Below, piece after piece: positions 40,451 through 51,136 of a DNA stretch of 64,000 bases. How positions within the stretch are numbered: position 1 is the stretch's first letter; each line of letters starts with the position of its first letter. The notes under the pieces were generated by a model. The model saw nothing but the letters and a program-made list of their open reading frames with translations, ran no database searches and was not told the DNA's origin. Position numbers and translations under genes: made by a program. The stretch comes from Nitrospirota bacterium (GTDB lineage Bacteria; Nitrospirota; Nitrospiria; Nitrospirales; Nitrospiraceae), in assembly GCA_963703955.1 (NCBI GenBank), contig CAVPGK010000017.1, positions 1 through 64,000 of the forward strand, in the 5' to 3' direction.

Positions 40451-40744
40451 TCACTGAGCCGGTACTGATTGGATCGACGTCCGGGTCTCTTCGTCCCGCC
40501 TGCAGCCTTGTTCAGCGATCATCCGCTGGCCGGCACTGGCGTCGGTGGGAACTCTGGCCATGCAGGCCTTCAGCGTGTCCTCGGCTGCGCCTGATGCCAC
40601 GACGTCGATGTTTTCCGCCGGAGCGAAAAGAATGGCCGCTCCGGATGCTTGATCCGCCGCGTATGTTGGCAGCGCAGGAAGCCACGCGATCACCGCCAGC
40701 GACCCGACCATCAGCATGTGCTGTATGAACCGATTGGTTTTCAT
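40451..40744 (-). CDS. Small secreted protein with two Cys
   Basis: GGGAGGTAGG RBS; signal peptide homologous to those at 31196 and 33011. Confidence 0.72.
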   Translation of the reverse strand: MKTNRFIQHMLMVGSLAVIAWLPALPTYAADQASGAAILFAPAENIDVVASGAAEDTLKACMARVPTDASAGQRMIAEQGCRRDEETRTSIQSVPAQ

Positions 40745-40866
40745 AGTCCTACCTCCCGTGTACGCAGACCTCAGAGGTGGTGCTTCGCCGCGAGGCCCCC
40801 GACGACGAAGCGCTCGCTTGTCCTCATCCAGTGAAATCCTGGGAAGGCAAGCTGCAAAACATCTGT

Positions 40867-40953
40867 GGCGGAGGAGCGGCGGAGACTGGGAAATCGGTCG
40901 CGCAGGGGAAGACGAATCAGAAGGCGCGAGGGACAGGACAGCCAACGGGGCTC
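40867..40953 (-). ncRNA. Candidate structured C/U-rich leader RNA motif, copy B
   Basis: Aligns with 30249-30331; starts 17 nt downstream of a sigma70-like -10 box. Confidence 0.5.
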
Positions 40954-40969
40954 AACACGTCATGAATGG

Positions 40970-40998
40970 ATGCTACGCCGAGAGAGGCGCTGGGTCAA
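40970..40998 (-). promoter_or_regulatory. Sigma70-like promoter
   Basis: TTGACC-17 bp-TAGCAT on minus strand. Confidence 0.55.
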
Positions 40999-41449
40999 GC
41001 GGTATTATGAAGTGGGTAACGTCAAGTTCTCTGTGCAAATTCGCGAAGTGCATAGACGATCCGATTACAGGGCCGGGTGTTGCAAGTCAGTTGGTCGCTC
41101 TTGATTGACCCGGATGGCGACAACATCTGCTCCCCCGCTCCAACGGCACTCTGATCCTTCCCTTATGGAAGCCTATCTCGCGACACTCGTCGCCACCCCT
41201 GACGGCAGGCACCGCGTTCCTGTGCATCGAGACTCCCTCCAGATCCGCGCGCGCCAGTGGGCGTTCGGCCCCGACCAGGTCTCCCAGGCAGCCAGCCCAC
41301 GGCTGGTGTCCATCTAAGAAATACATCCATTTCCCCGCTGATCAGCGGGTGATTTCTCATATCGAAAAGGGTATCCTTCTGAGCTAATTGCCTCGTGGAA
41401 ACCCCTAGCCTGTTCTGGTGTTCGCCGGACCGGCAAAAGGTGTATTTAC

Positions 41450-44303
41450 GTGCCCACCCCCGAAGATAAAGCCCGTGAGAAGATCGACGTGGTCTTGGAG
41501 AAAGCTGGCTGGAAGGTACAGGACGCGAAGCAGGCCAATCTTTCAGCGAGCCGAGGAGTCGCCCTGCGTAACTTTACTCTGGCAGGTGGGTATGGGTTTG
41601 CCGACTACCTTCTCTACATCGATGGGAAAGCTGTGGGAGTGATTGAGGCCAAGAAGGAAGGCGTCACGCTGACCGGCGTCGAAATCCAGGCCGCAAAATA
41701 CAGCGAAGGCTTACCGCCGCACCTCCCAGCGACCATTCGCCCCCTGCCGTTTCTCTACCAGAGCACGGGGGTGGAAACTCGATTTACCAATGGCCTCGAT
41801 CCCGCAGCCGCGGAGCCGATCCGTCTTTGCCTTTCATCAGCCCACCACCTTGGCCGGATGGCTCGATCGTGCCGTCGTCGGTGAAGCGCCCGTTCAGCAA
41901 GGGGCAGCCGCCTATCGTGGTCCTCAGTATCGGAGAGTCTCCACGCTCCGAGGTCGCCTCAGACAACTTCCACAGCTAAAGACCGAAGGCCTCTGGCCCG
42001 CGCAGATCACCGCCATCAGGAATCTCGAAAAGTCGCTGGCCGAAGACCGTCCTCGCGCCCTCATCCAGATGGCCACCGGCTCGGGCAAGACCTTCACCGC
42101 CGTCAACTTCATCTACCGGCTCATCAAGTTCGCCGGCGCGCGGCGCGTCCTGTTCCTGGTGGACCGCGGCAACCTCGGCGAGCAGACGCTCAAGGAATTC
42201 CAGCAGTACGTCTCGCCCTACAACAACTTCAAGTTCACCGAGGAGTACATCGTCCAGCGGCTCGACGGGCAACACGCTCGACACCACCGCGCGGGTCTGC
42301 ATCAGCACGATCCAGCGCCTGTACTCCATGCTCAAGGGCCGCGAGCCTGGCCGAGGAGGACGACGAGGCCTCGGTCGAAGGACTGGAGACGGCGTCTTCA
42401 AGGACAGCCCGTGCCCATCGAGTACAACCCGAAGATCCCCATCGAGACCTTCGACTTCATCGTCACCGACGAGTGCCACCGCTCCATCTACAACCTCTGG
42501 GCGCAGGTGCTGGAATACTTCGACGCCTACCTCATCGGCCTCACCGCCACGCCCACCAAGCAGACCTTCGGCTTCTTCCACCAGAACCTGGTCATGGAAT
42601 ACACCCACGAGCAGGCCGTGGCCGACGGCGTGAACGTCAACTACGACGTCTACCGCATCCGCACCGCAGATCACCGAGGCCGGCTCCAAGGTGGACGCCG
42701 GCTACTACGTCGAGAAGCGGGACCGCGAGACCCGCGCCAAGCGCTGGGAGCAGCTCGACGACGACCTCGCCTACGACCCCAACCAGCTCGACCGCGACGT
42801 GGTCGCCCCGGACCAGATCCGCACCGTCGTCACAGCCTTCCGGGACAAGCTCTTCACCGAGATCTTCCCCGGCCGCACCGAGGTGCCCAAGACCCTCATC
42901 TTCGCCAAGGACGACACCCACGCCGACGACATCGTCCAGATCGTCCGCGAGGAGTTCGGCAAGGGCAACGACTTCTGCCAGAAGATCACCTACCGCACCA
43001 CCGGCGCGGACCCCAAGGACGCTGATCAAGACAGTTCCGCAACAGCTACCATGCCCCGCATCGCCGTCACCGTGGACATGATCGCCACCGGCACCGACAT
43101 CAAGCCGCTGGAGATCGTCTTCTTCATGCGCGCGGTCAAGTCCCGCACCTTCTTCGAGCAGATGAAGGGCCGCGGCGTGCGCGTCATCAGCCGGACGACC
43201 TGAAGGCCGTCACCCCCGACGCCACGACCAAAGACCACTTCGTCATCGTGGATGCCGTGGGCGTCTGCGAGACAGGACAAGACCGACTCCCGGCCGCTGG
43301 AGAAGAAGCCCAGTCGGTCACCTTCGAGAAGCTCCTCCAGGCCGTCGCCCTCGGCAACACCGAAGCGGACGTGCTCACCAGCTCGCCGCGCGGCTCGCGC
43401 GCATGGAGCACCGCATGACGAAGGAGGATGAACGAAGATCCGCACGGCGAGCGGCGGCCTCGACACTCAAGGCAGCTCAGCCGCGCCTGATCGAGGCGCT
43501 GAACCCGGACCGCCAGGTGGAGCAGGCCAAGCTCGACCTCGGCATCCCGCCGGACTCGCACGAAGCCGGTCCGCGATCAGGCGGTCAAGGCGGCGGCGAT
43601 CAAGCTCATCCAAGACGCCGTGAAGCCGCTCTGCGATCCGAAGCTCCGCGAACTCCTGGTCGAGATCAAGCGGAAGAACGAGATCACCATCGACCACGTC
43701 AGCCAGGACCAGGTCATCGAAGCCGGCTTCTCCGCCGACGCCCTGGAGCGCGCCCGCGGCATCGTCCAGTCCTTCGAGCAGTTCATCGAGAGAGCACAAG
43801 GACGAGATCACCGCGCTGCAGGTCCTCTACAGCAAGCCCTACAGGCAGCGGCTGAAGTTCGAGGACGTGAAGGATCTGGCCGAACGCATCCAGGCGCCGC
43901 CGTACCTCTGGACCGAATCCCAGCTCTGGCAGGCCTACGCCGCGCTGGAGAAAGACAAGGTCAAAGGCGCCAGCGGCAAGCGCATCCTCACCGACCTCGT
44001 CTCCCTCGTCCGCTTCGCCATGCACCAGGACAACGAGTTGGTCCCGTTCCCCGAGACGCGTCAACGCCAACTTCAACGCCTGGCTCGCGCAGCAAGAGAA
44101 GCCCGCGGAAGCCCTTCACCGAAGAGCAGCGCCGCTGGCTGGAAATGATCCGCGACCACATCGCGGCGAACCTCGGCATCGAGCCGGACGACTTCGAGTA
44201 CGCACCGTTTGCGCGGGAAGGCGGGCTCGGAAAGGTGCATCAATTGTTTGGCGGCGCGCTGGGCTCTATGCTGGAACAGTTTAATGAGGCTTTGGCCGCG
44301 TGA
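41450..44303 (+). CDS. hsdR: Type I restriction endonuclease subunit R (EcoEI-like), many single-base frameshifts
   Basis: ADYLLY...VIEAK nuclease, QMATGSGKT, DECHRS, GLTATP, IAVTVDM..TGTD, QMKGRG.R in order across successive ORFs. Confidence 0.93.
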
Positions 44304-45735
44304 TGACGCTTGCGGAAATCACAGCCCCGAAAGTTGAACAACGAGGTCCAGCCGGCGACGGCGAATTTACCTATGTCGACATTAGTAGCATCGACAATGC
44401 GTCGAAGCGCATCGTTGAACCGAAACGTCTCCCCGTGGAAAGTGCACCAAGCAGGGCGCGCCAACGGCTACAGGCAGGCGACGTACTTGTGTCAATGACG
44501 CGACCGAATCTCAACGCTGTTGCGTTGGTTCCGAAAGAGCTTAACGGCACTATTGGTTCAACGGGCTTTCATGTGCTGCGGCCGATGGGTGGGATTGAGT
44601 CGCGTTGGTTATGGTATGCGGTTCAGACGAGTACGCTTTATCAAGTCGATGGCACAACTCGTCCAGGGCGCCCTCTTATCCCGCAGTGAGGCCGAAGGAC
44701 ATACGCAGTTTCGAGCTTGAGGTTCCGGAGTACTCTGTCCAGCTTCGCATCGTCGCGGAGATCGAAAAACAGTTCTCCCGCCTCGACGAAGCCGTCGCCA
44801 ACCTCAAGCGCGTCAAGGCCAACCTCAAACGGTACCGCGCCGCCGTCCTCAAAGCCGCCGTCGAAGGCAAACTCACGGTAGAGTGGCGCAAGCAGCATCC
44901 CGACGTTGAACCCGCCAGCAAACTCCTCGAACGCATCCTCGCCGAACGCCGGGCCAAGTGGAGCGGAAAACGGAAATTCGCTGAGCCAGCGGAGCCAGAC
45001 ACGACCGGTTTGCCTGCATTGCGGAATGGTTGGACATACGCGTCCGTGGAACAGCTTGGCATCATTGGCGAGCAAGCTGTTCTTACTGGCCCATTTGGGA
45101 CAAATCTCGGGCGTGAGGATTTTAGGGAAAGTGGTGTACCTGTGATTACTATTTCGTGCCTGAAAGACACTGGCATAGACCTCACCAAGGCAGAGTTTGT
45201 TTCAAAAGAAAAGGCCAGGGAGTTGGATAGGTATCGATTAAACAATGGTGATCTGCTCTTTTCACGAATGGCTGCTGTTGGGCGCGCTGGCATTGTCGGG
45301 GGAGACTTGCGGGGCTCCCTGTTTAATTATCACATCATGCGCCTACGACTAGAACCCACAATATTGATGGCTAAATACTATTTGGCATACGTCAGAGGGT
45401 CAGCCCAGGTAGAGAATTATATTCGTGAAGTTAACCACGGTGCGACGCGCGATGGGATTAACACTGAACAGCTACTCAACATGCCAGTTGCCCTTCCTCC
45501 CTTCGCTGAGCAGGAACGTATTGTCGCCGAAGTCGAGCGCCGCCTGTCCGTGATCGACGAACTCGAGGCCGCTGTCGAAGCCAACCTCATGCGCGCCGAC
45601 CGCCTACGGCAAGCCATCTTGAGCCAAGCTTTTTCGGGAAAGCTGGTGGCCGCTGGGGAAAGAGGTCACGGGAATTTGAAACAAGAGCTTCCTCTGGCTG
45701 CGGAATCTCCGGCTCTGCATGAGAAGACCCGATGA
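44300..45735 (+). CDS. hsdS: Type I RM specificity subunit, frameshifted near 44640-44680
   Basis: Two TRDs with conserved Q.RIVAEIEKQFSRLD and PP..EQERIVAEVERRLS...LRQAIL..AF.GKLV; GTGA overlap with hsdR. Confidence 0.92.
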
Positions 45736-45836
45736 CAGCTGACGATCGCTACGATGTGTCCGGTCTTCCGGACGCTCAGTTCGAGCCTGGTTCGAACGAC
45801 CAGGTGCTCAAAAACCTCCTGGGCATTATCTCAAGA
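45732..45836 (+). pseudogene. N-terminal remnant of a Fic-family protein
   Basis: DRYD.S...AQFEPGS...VLKNLLGI typical of Fic N-termini; no HPFxxGNGR; ATGA overlap with hsdS. Confidence 0.65.
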
Positions 45837-45887
45837 CCGGAAAGGAAAGAAAAATGTACCGGGAGTCTTCTTCTACGCGCGTTGTCC

Positions 45888-45972
45888 CGCTTGAAGGTTG
45901 AGATTGAGGTTAAGGCCGAGCGAACGCCCGATCCGCCTTGCTGCCGGCCTCAACCTCAGCCTTGCCTCAAGC
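45888..45972. repeat. Long imperfect palindrome built of GTTGAG/CTCAAC-type hexamers
   Basis: CGCTTGAAGGTTGAGATTGAGGTT ... GGCCTCAACCTCAGCCTTGCCTCAAGCG. Confidence 0.65.
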
Positions 45973-45991
45973 GTGCCGCGTTGCGCGAGCC

Positions 45992-46252
45992 TTACTCGTA
46001 GGCTTCTCGGCGGTGGCGAACAGCCGTAATGTCGATGCGTCGCTCTCTATCGAGAATCGAGTAAATGACTCGATAATCACCGATGCGGATCCGCCATAGG
46101 TGTTTCTCGCCGCTCAATTTGCGAGCACCGTGTGGACGAGGGGCGATGGCAAGAGACTCGATCTTGGGGAGGATGCGGCGAATGATGGATGGGTCGAGCA
46201 CTTCCAACTCCTGGCGCGCTGAGCGGGCGAAGGAGATGGTGTATTCAGCCAC
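45992..46252 (-). CDS. relE: RelE/ParE family toxin
   Basis: PRPHGARKLSG...WRIRIGDYRVIY.I...V.HRREAY. Confidence 0.92.
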   Translation of the reverse strand: MAEYTISFARSARQELEVLDPSIIRRILPKIESLAIAPRPHGARKLSGEKHLWRIRIGDYRVIYSILDRERRIDITAVRHRREAYE

Positions 46253-46436
46253 GTAGCTTGCCTAGGCGGCGGAGGCGCTCCCTGACGCCATTCAGAGACT
46301 CTCGCGGTTCACGGGCGCGATTGCGCGCAACGACGCTGTCATAAAAATCTTCCCACAGTTGCCCATGTCGCTTCAGATCAATGAGCACGGCAGTCTTCTG
46401 CCCACGCTTGTTCGTGACGAAATCAATGCCTCTCAT
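46245..46436 (-). CDS. Cognate antitoxin (63 aa)
   Basis: Overlaps toxin start; FVT...G.KTAVLIDL...WEDFYD; GGAGG RBS. Confidence 0.8.
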   Translation of the reverse strand: MRGIDFVTNKRGQKTAVLIDLKRHGQLWEDFYDSVVARNRAREPRESLNGVRERLRRLGKLRG

Positions 46437-46622
46437 GGTGCCTCCGCATCCTCTGGCGTTTTCTTGTCAGAACGTAGCCGCAATCCCTTAAAAATGCAAG
46501 CACCCGAAACCGGGACATTCTCCTTTTCCAGCAACTCCTGCCAGCTATTTAACCCGTTGTCTGGCTCCACGCGATTGTCGCTGCTTCCAAAAATCCGTCC
46601 GCCGAGGTATCCTGCCGCAGCC

Positions 46623-46790
46623 GTTCCTGAAATAGGCCACGCTCTATGAGTCCCTCCGCCATCGTTCAAAAGCTCTGGAACTACTGCAACGTCCTTCGCG
46701 ACGACGGGATGAGCTATGGCGACTACGTCGAGCAGTTGACGTATTTGCTGTTTCTCAAGATGGCCGACGAGCGCACCCAAGCCACCGTTA
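46623..46790 (+). pseudogene. hsdM 5' fragment, copy 1 (upstream ~20 bp plus about 47 codons)
   Basis: MSPSAIVQKLWNYCNVLRDDGMSYGDYVEQLTYLLFLKMADER identical in protein to 48175 onward. Confidence 0.92.
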
Positions 46791-47052
46791 CCATGTCATC
46801 ACTTCCCATGCACGATGGGAACTATCCAGGCGTAGCTTGAGCGAGGACACCATCCGTGCGATACTGACGGCGCCAGAGCAGGCATTCGAACTCCGTCCTG
46901 GACGAATGGTTCTTCAATCAAAGGTTTCCTTCGGACAACCAGCAAAGACGTTTCTCGTTCGCGTGTTCGTGGATATTGATCGATCTCCAGCGGAGGTCGT
47001 GACCGCCTATATGACAAGCAAGATTGCAAAGTACTGGAGGGCAAGTCCATGA
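46789..47052 (+). CDS. DUF4258-like putative toxin; own start codon not evident
   Basis: Frame reads YHVITSHARWELSRRSLSEDTI...LVRVFVD...VVTAY.TSKI.KYW; ATGA overlap with next gene. Confidence 0.7.
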   Translation, partial: YHVITSHARWELSRRSLSEDTIRAILTAPEQAFELRPGRMVLQSKVSFGQPAKTFLVRVFVDIDRSPAEVVTAYMTSKIAKYWRASP

Positions 47053-47249
47053 AGGTTTCTTACGATGAGAAGACCGACACGCTGAGCGTGATTCTGAAAG
47101 ACAACACTCCGGTTGCCGAAAGCGACGAGGACAAGCCGGGAATCATCCTGGACTACGATGCAACGGGCAATTTAGTTTCCTTGGAGATCCTCGACGCTTC
47201 AAAACGGGTTACCGAGACGCGCAAGATCGAGTTCCAAACGAAAGGTTAG
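47049..47249 (+). CDS. DUF2283 family putative antitoxin
   Basis: MKVSYD..TDTL...ESDE..PGIILDYD..GNLV.LEILDAS. Confidence 0.85.
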   Translation: MKVSYDEKTDTLSVILKDNTPVAESDEDKPGIILDYDATGNLVSLEILDASKRVTETRKIEFQTKG

Positions 47250-47325
47250 AATCGCCTCATTGTGAATCCTCCATTCGTGATAGATTCGGTCTCTTCCCCC
47301 GTCCAGGCGTCGTGATTCAGTCCAT

Positions 47326-47463
47326 ATGAGTCCTTCAGCCATCGTTCAAAAGCTCTGGAACTACTGCAACGTCCTCCGCGACGACAGGATGAGTTACGGC
47401 GACTACATGGAACACGCGATGACCCTCAGCCTGTATGATGACAAGGAGGGTCCTCGTGGATGA
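47326..47463 (+). pseudogene. hsdM 5' fragment, copy 2, forming a 45-aa leader ORF
   Basis: MSPSAIVQKLWNYCNVLRDDRMSYGDYME then unrelated; stop overlaps the next ATG. Confidence 0.88.
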
Positions 47464-47740
47464 ATATCAGGTTCTATGTTGATCCTGAAACGGACTTGCC
47501 ACACATTTATGGTCACAGGTTGACGAGCGGGAGGTTGAGGATGTATTGAAACAACCGGGGGAGGATAGGCCTGGGCGAGAAGGTTCTCGTGTGGCGATTG
47601 GACAGACCAGGGCAGGCCGATATCTCCGTGTTATTTACGTACCCGATCCAGAACCCGATTCGGTGTTTGTCATTACGGCCTATCAGTTGACCGGCAAACC
47701 TTTGCTGGCATTCCGGCGTCGCAGAAGGAGAAAATCATGA
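47460..47740 (+). CDS. DUF4258/BrnT-like putative toxin; frameshift near 47518
   Basis: MNIRFYVDPETDLPHIYGH...EVEDVL..PGEDR...AIGQT..GRYLRVIYVPD...FVITAY; AAGGAGG RBS. Confidence 0.75.
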
Positions 47741-47937
47741 AACAGAGCAATTTCCCTCCCGGTTGGGATGCAGGGCGAGTCCGTCGGGTCCTCGCGCACT
47801 ATGAAGAGCAGACGGAGGAAGAGGCTGTGGCAGAAGATGAAGCCGCAGCGGAGGACAGGACTCAGACAGTCATGGAAATTCCATGCGAGCTTGTCCCGGC
47901 TGTCAGAGAGCTTATTGCAAAAAGACGAACAGGATAA
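47737..47937 (+). CDS. Putative antitoxin (acidic, 66 aa)
   Basis: ATGA overlap with toxin; FPPGWD..RV..VL.HYE.QTE.EAVAEDEA. Confidence 0.72.
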   Translation: MKQSNFPPGWDAGRVRRVLAHYEEQTEEEAVAEDEAAAEDRTQTVMEIPCELVPAVRELIAKRRTG

Positions 47938-47938
47938 G

Positions 47939-48088
47939 GTGCGAAAGACCTACAAGCCCAAGCGGCGCTCTTGCGCGCTCTGTAAACCGCACAAAGCTGG
48001 CTGGGCCAAGCGATGGAAACCAAAGGAAGCGGAACGTCGTCGTAGCATGCTCGACGATTGCCGACTGGATAAAGACAGAGTGCCATGA
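47939..48088 (+). CDS. Small basic CxxC protein
   Basis: GTG just after the antitoxin stop; RSCALCKPHK. Confidence 0.4.
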   Translation: MRKTYKPKRRSCALCKPHKAGWAKRWKPKEAERRRSMLDDCRLDKDRVP

Positions 48089-48174
48089 TTCCTCTGAGAC
48101 CATTTTCTTCTTGGTTTCTCTTTCAGTCTCCGGACTTCAGCCTCTACCCTGTTCCCTGAATTGGGCCACGCTCT

Positions 48175-49672
<1,498 letters not shown>

Positions 49673-49746
49673 CGGTTCGAAGGTTTCGACACATTCGCTT
49701 TAAACTTCGCCTAGAATGACGAGTCCCGCCTTTGTATACTGCGGCC

Positions 49747-49977
49747 ATGACTCGCCATGCCGAACTCTCCTTCACCAACTCACTCAAGAGCGAACAGCGC
49801 AGAGGGTTCTATGAATGCCACAAGCCTATCGCTGTTCTTATGATCCTTCTCGTTTTCCTGTTCCCAATCCTGGGGGTCTTCGTCATTGGTTTGTCGGGTG
49901 CGGTGCTGGGAGTGGCCGTTTCCGTCTTGGGCTATTACCTGACGCCCTATGCCGTTCTCAAACTGCGTCAAGGGTGA
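49747..49977 (+). CDS. Small two-TM membrane protein
   Basis: Hydrophobic hairpin. Confidence 0.5.
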   Translation: MTRHAELSFTNSLKSEQRRGFYECHKPIAVLMILLVFLFPILGVFVIGLSGAVLGVAVSVLGYYLTPYAVLKLRQG

Positions 49978-50071
49978 GGAAGGGAGTCAGTCGAGGAAAG
50001 GGAATGGTTGGAAAAGGACGAAGGGATCGCGAGGACCTTCCGAAATGAGAATCGGATAGGAGAAAGCGCTC

Positions 50072-50380
50072 ATGATCATGGTCACGCCGGCCGCTCGGGC
50101 ACGTCTGCAACAGTTGCTTCGTGAACACCCTGAGGAGCGGCTCGTGCGGATTATGATCACGGATGAGGATGATACGCGTCTCGCCATGAGTATTACGCTT
50201 GAGAGCGAGCCACAGGCGGACGATGAGGTGCAAGACGTCAGCGGCCTCAGCGTCGCGATCCCTCGGAGCAGTGTTGCTCGGCTGGATGGCGTCACCCTCG
50301 ATTATACCGACAGCGAGAACTTTCAGTTTCACCATCCTAGTCCTGGTATGCGAGAACTACGGGTGATCTCACTCAACTGA
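50072..50380 (+). CDS. HesB/IscA-fold protein lacking cysteines
   Basis: MI.VT.AA..RL...L...P..DDEV....GL.V.I...S...LDGVTLDY...F.F..P; AGGAG RBS. Confidence 0.7.
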   Translation: MIMVTPAARARLQQLLREHPEERLVRIMITDEDDTRLAMSITLESEPQADDEVQDVSGLSVAIPRSSVARLDGVTLDYTDSENFQFHHPSPGMRELRVISLN

Positions 50381-50570
50381 GCTTCCCTCCCACACCTTGC
50401 TGCTGACCTCAAGCTTCAGAAGACTGTCCGGGTGGGCGTTCAACGACTACAGACGACGCAAGACATGGCATGACGCTGGTGAGGCGAAATATTTGACCGT
50501 CGGGTAGTTCCCGTTATTATCTTTAGAGGCAGACAAAGACGCCGAGCGTTCGAGAAGAGGAGATGAGGAC

Positions 50571-50885
50571 ATGAATGTGCGATCACAGACGTTGAGCTTG
50601 TACGAGACGATCCGACATTTGCTGGGTCAGCACTCCGCGGATCAAGTGCTGCAGGTGATGGAACGTGAACTGAGCCATATGCTGCCGGTGTGGAGTGCGG
50701 AGAGGCCGACGTGTGCGGGCTGGTATTGGTATCAACCCCCGGGCATCGCTGAGCCGAGGTTGATCAATGTGGACAATGGACGAATCGACACCAAGCTCAT
50801 GGCGGATCTCGGTCCGCCCAATAATCTCGTGGACGTGAACCGGATTCCTGGGCAGTGGGCCGGACCGATCGAACCGCCGAAGTAG
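50571..50885 (+). CDS. Hypothetical protein
   Basis: GAGGAG RBS; W..E.PT..GWYWY ... WAGPI..P. Confidence 0.65.
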   Translation: MNVRSQTLSLYETIRHLLGQHSADQVLQVMERELSHMLPVWSAERPTCAGWYWYQPPGIAEPRLINVDNGRIDTKLMADLGPPNNLVDVNRIPGQWAGPIEPPK

Positions 50886-51136
50886 TCTGGCGTGGCTCTT
50901 TCGCGTGCCCCCGCCTCGCTACAAGTACGTTCTGTTCGCCCGGATACTTTTTATCGCTTCTGCTTTGCTGCTTGTCGGTGCATTGGCTCGGTCCGACCTC
51001 CAGAGCATTGCGATCTCCTTCTCTACGAGTTGCCTCCCAGACCTGCCTCCTTCAGAGCCGTTGACGAATCAGCCACTCGCTAAGGAAGTCAACCCCCAGG
51101 AGTTTGAACGGACTGACCACCGTTCCATGACATTCA

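Noticed and set aside
29100..41400. Prophage
   Set aside because: XRE switch and small genes are present, but no structural, terminase, replication or integrase genes.
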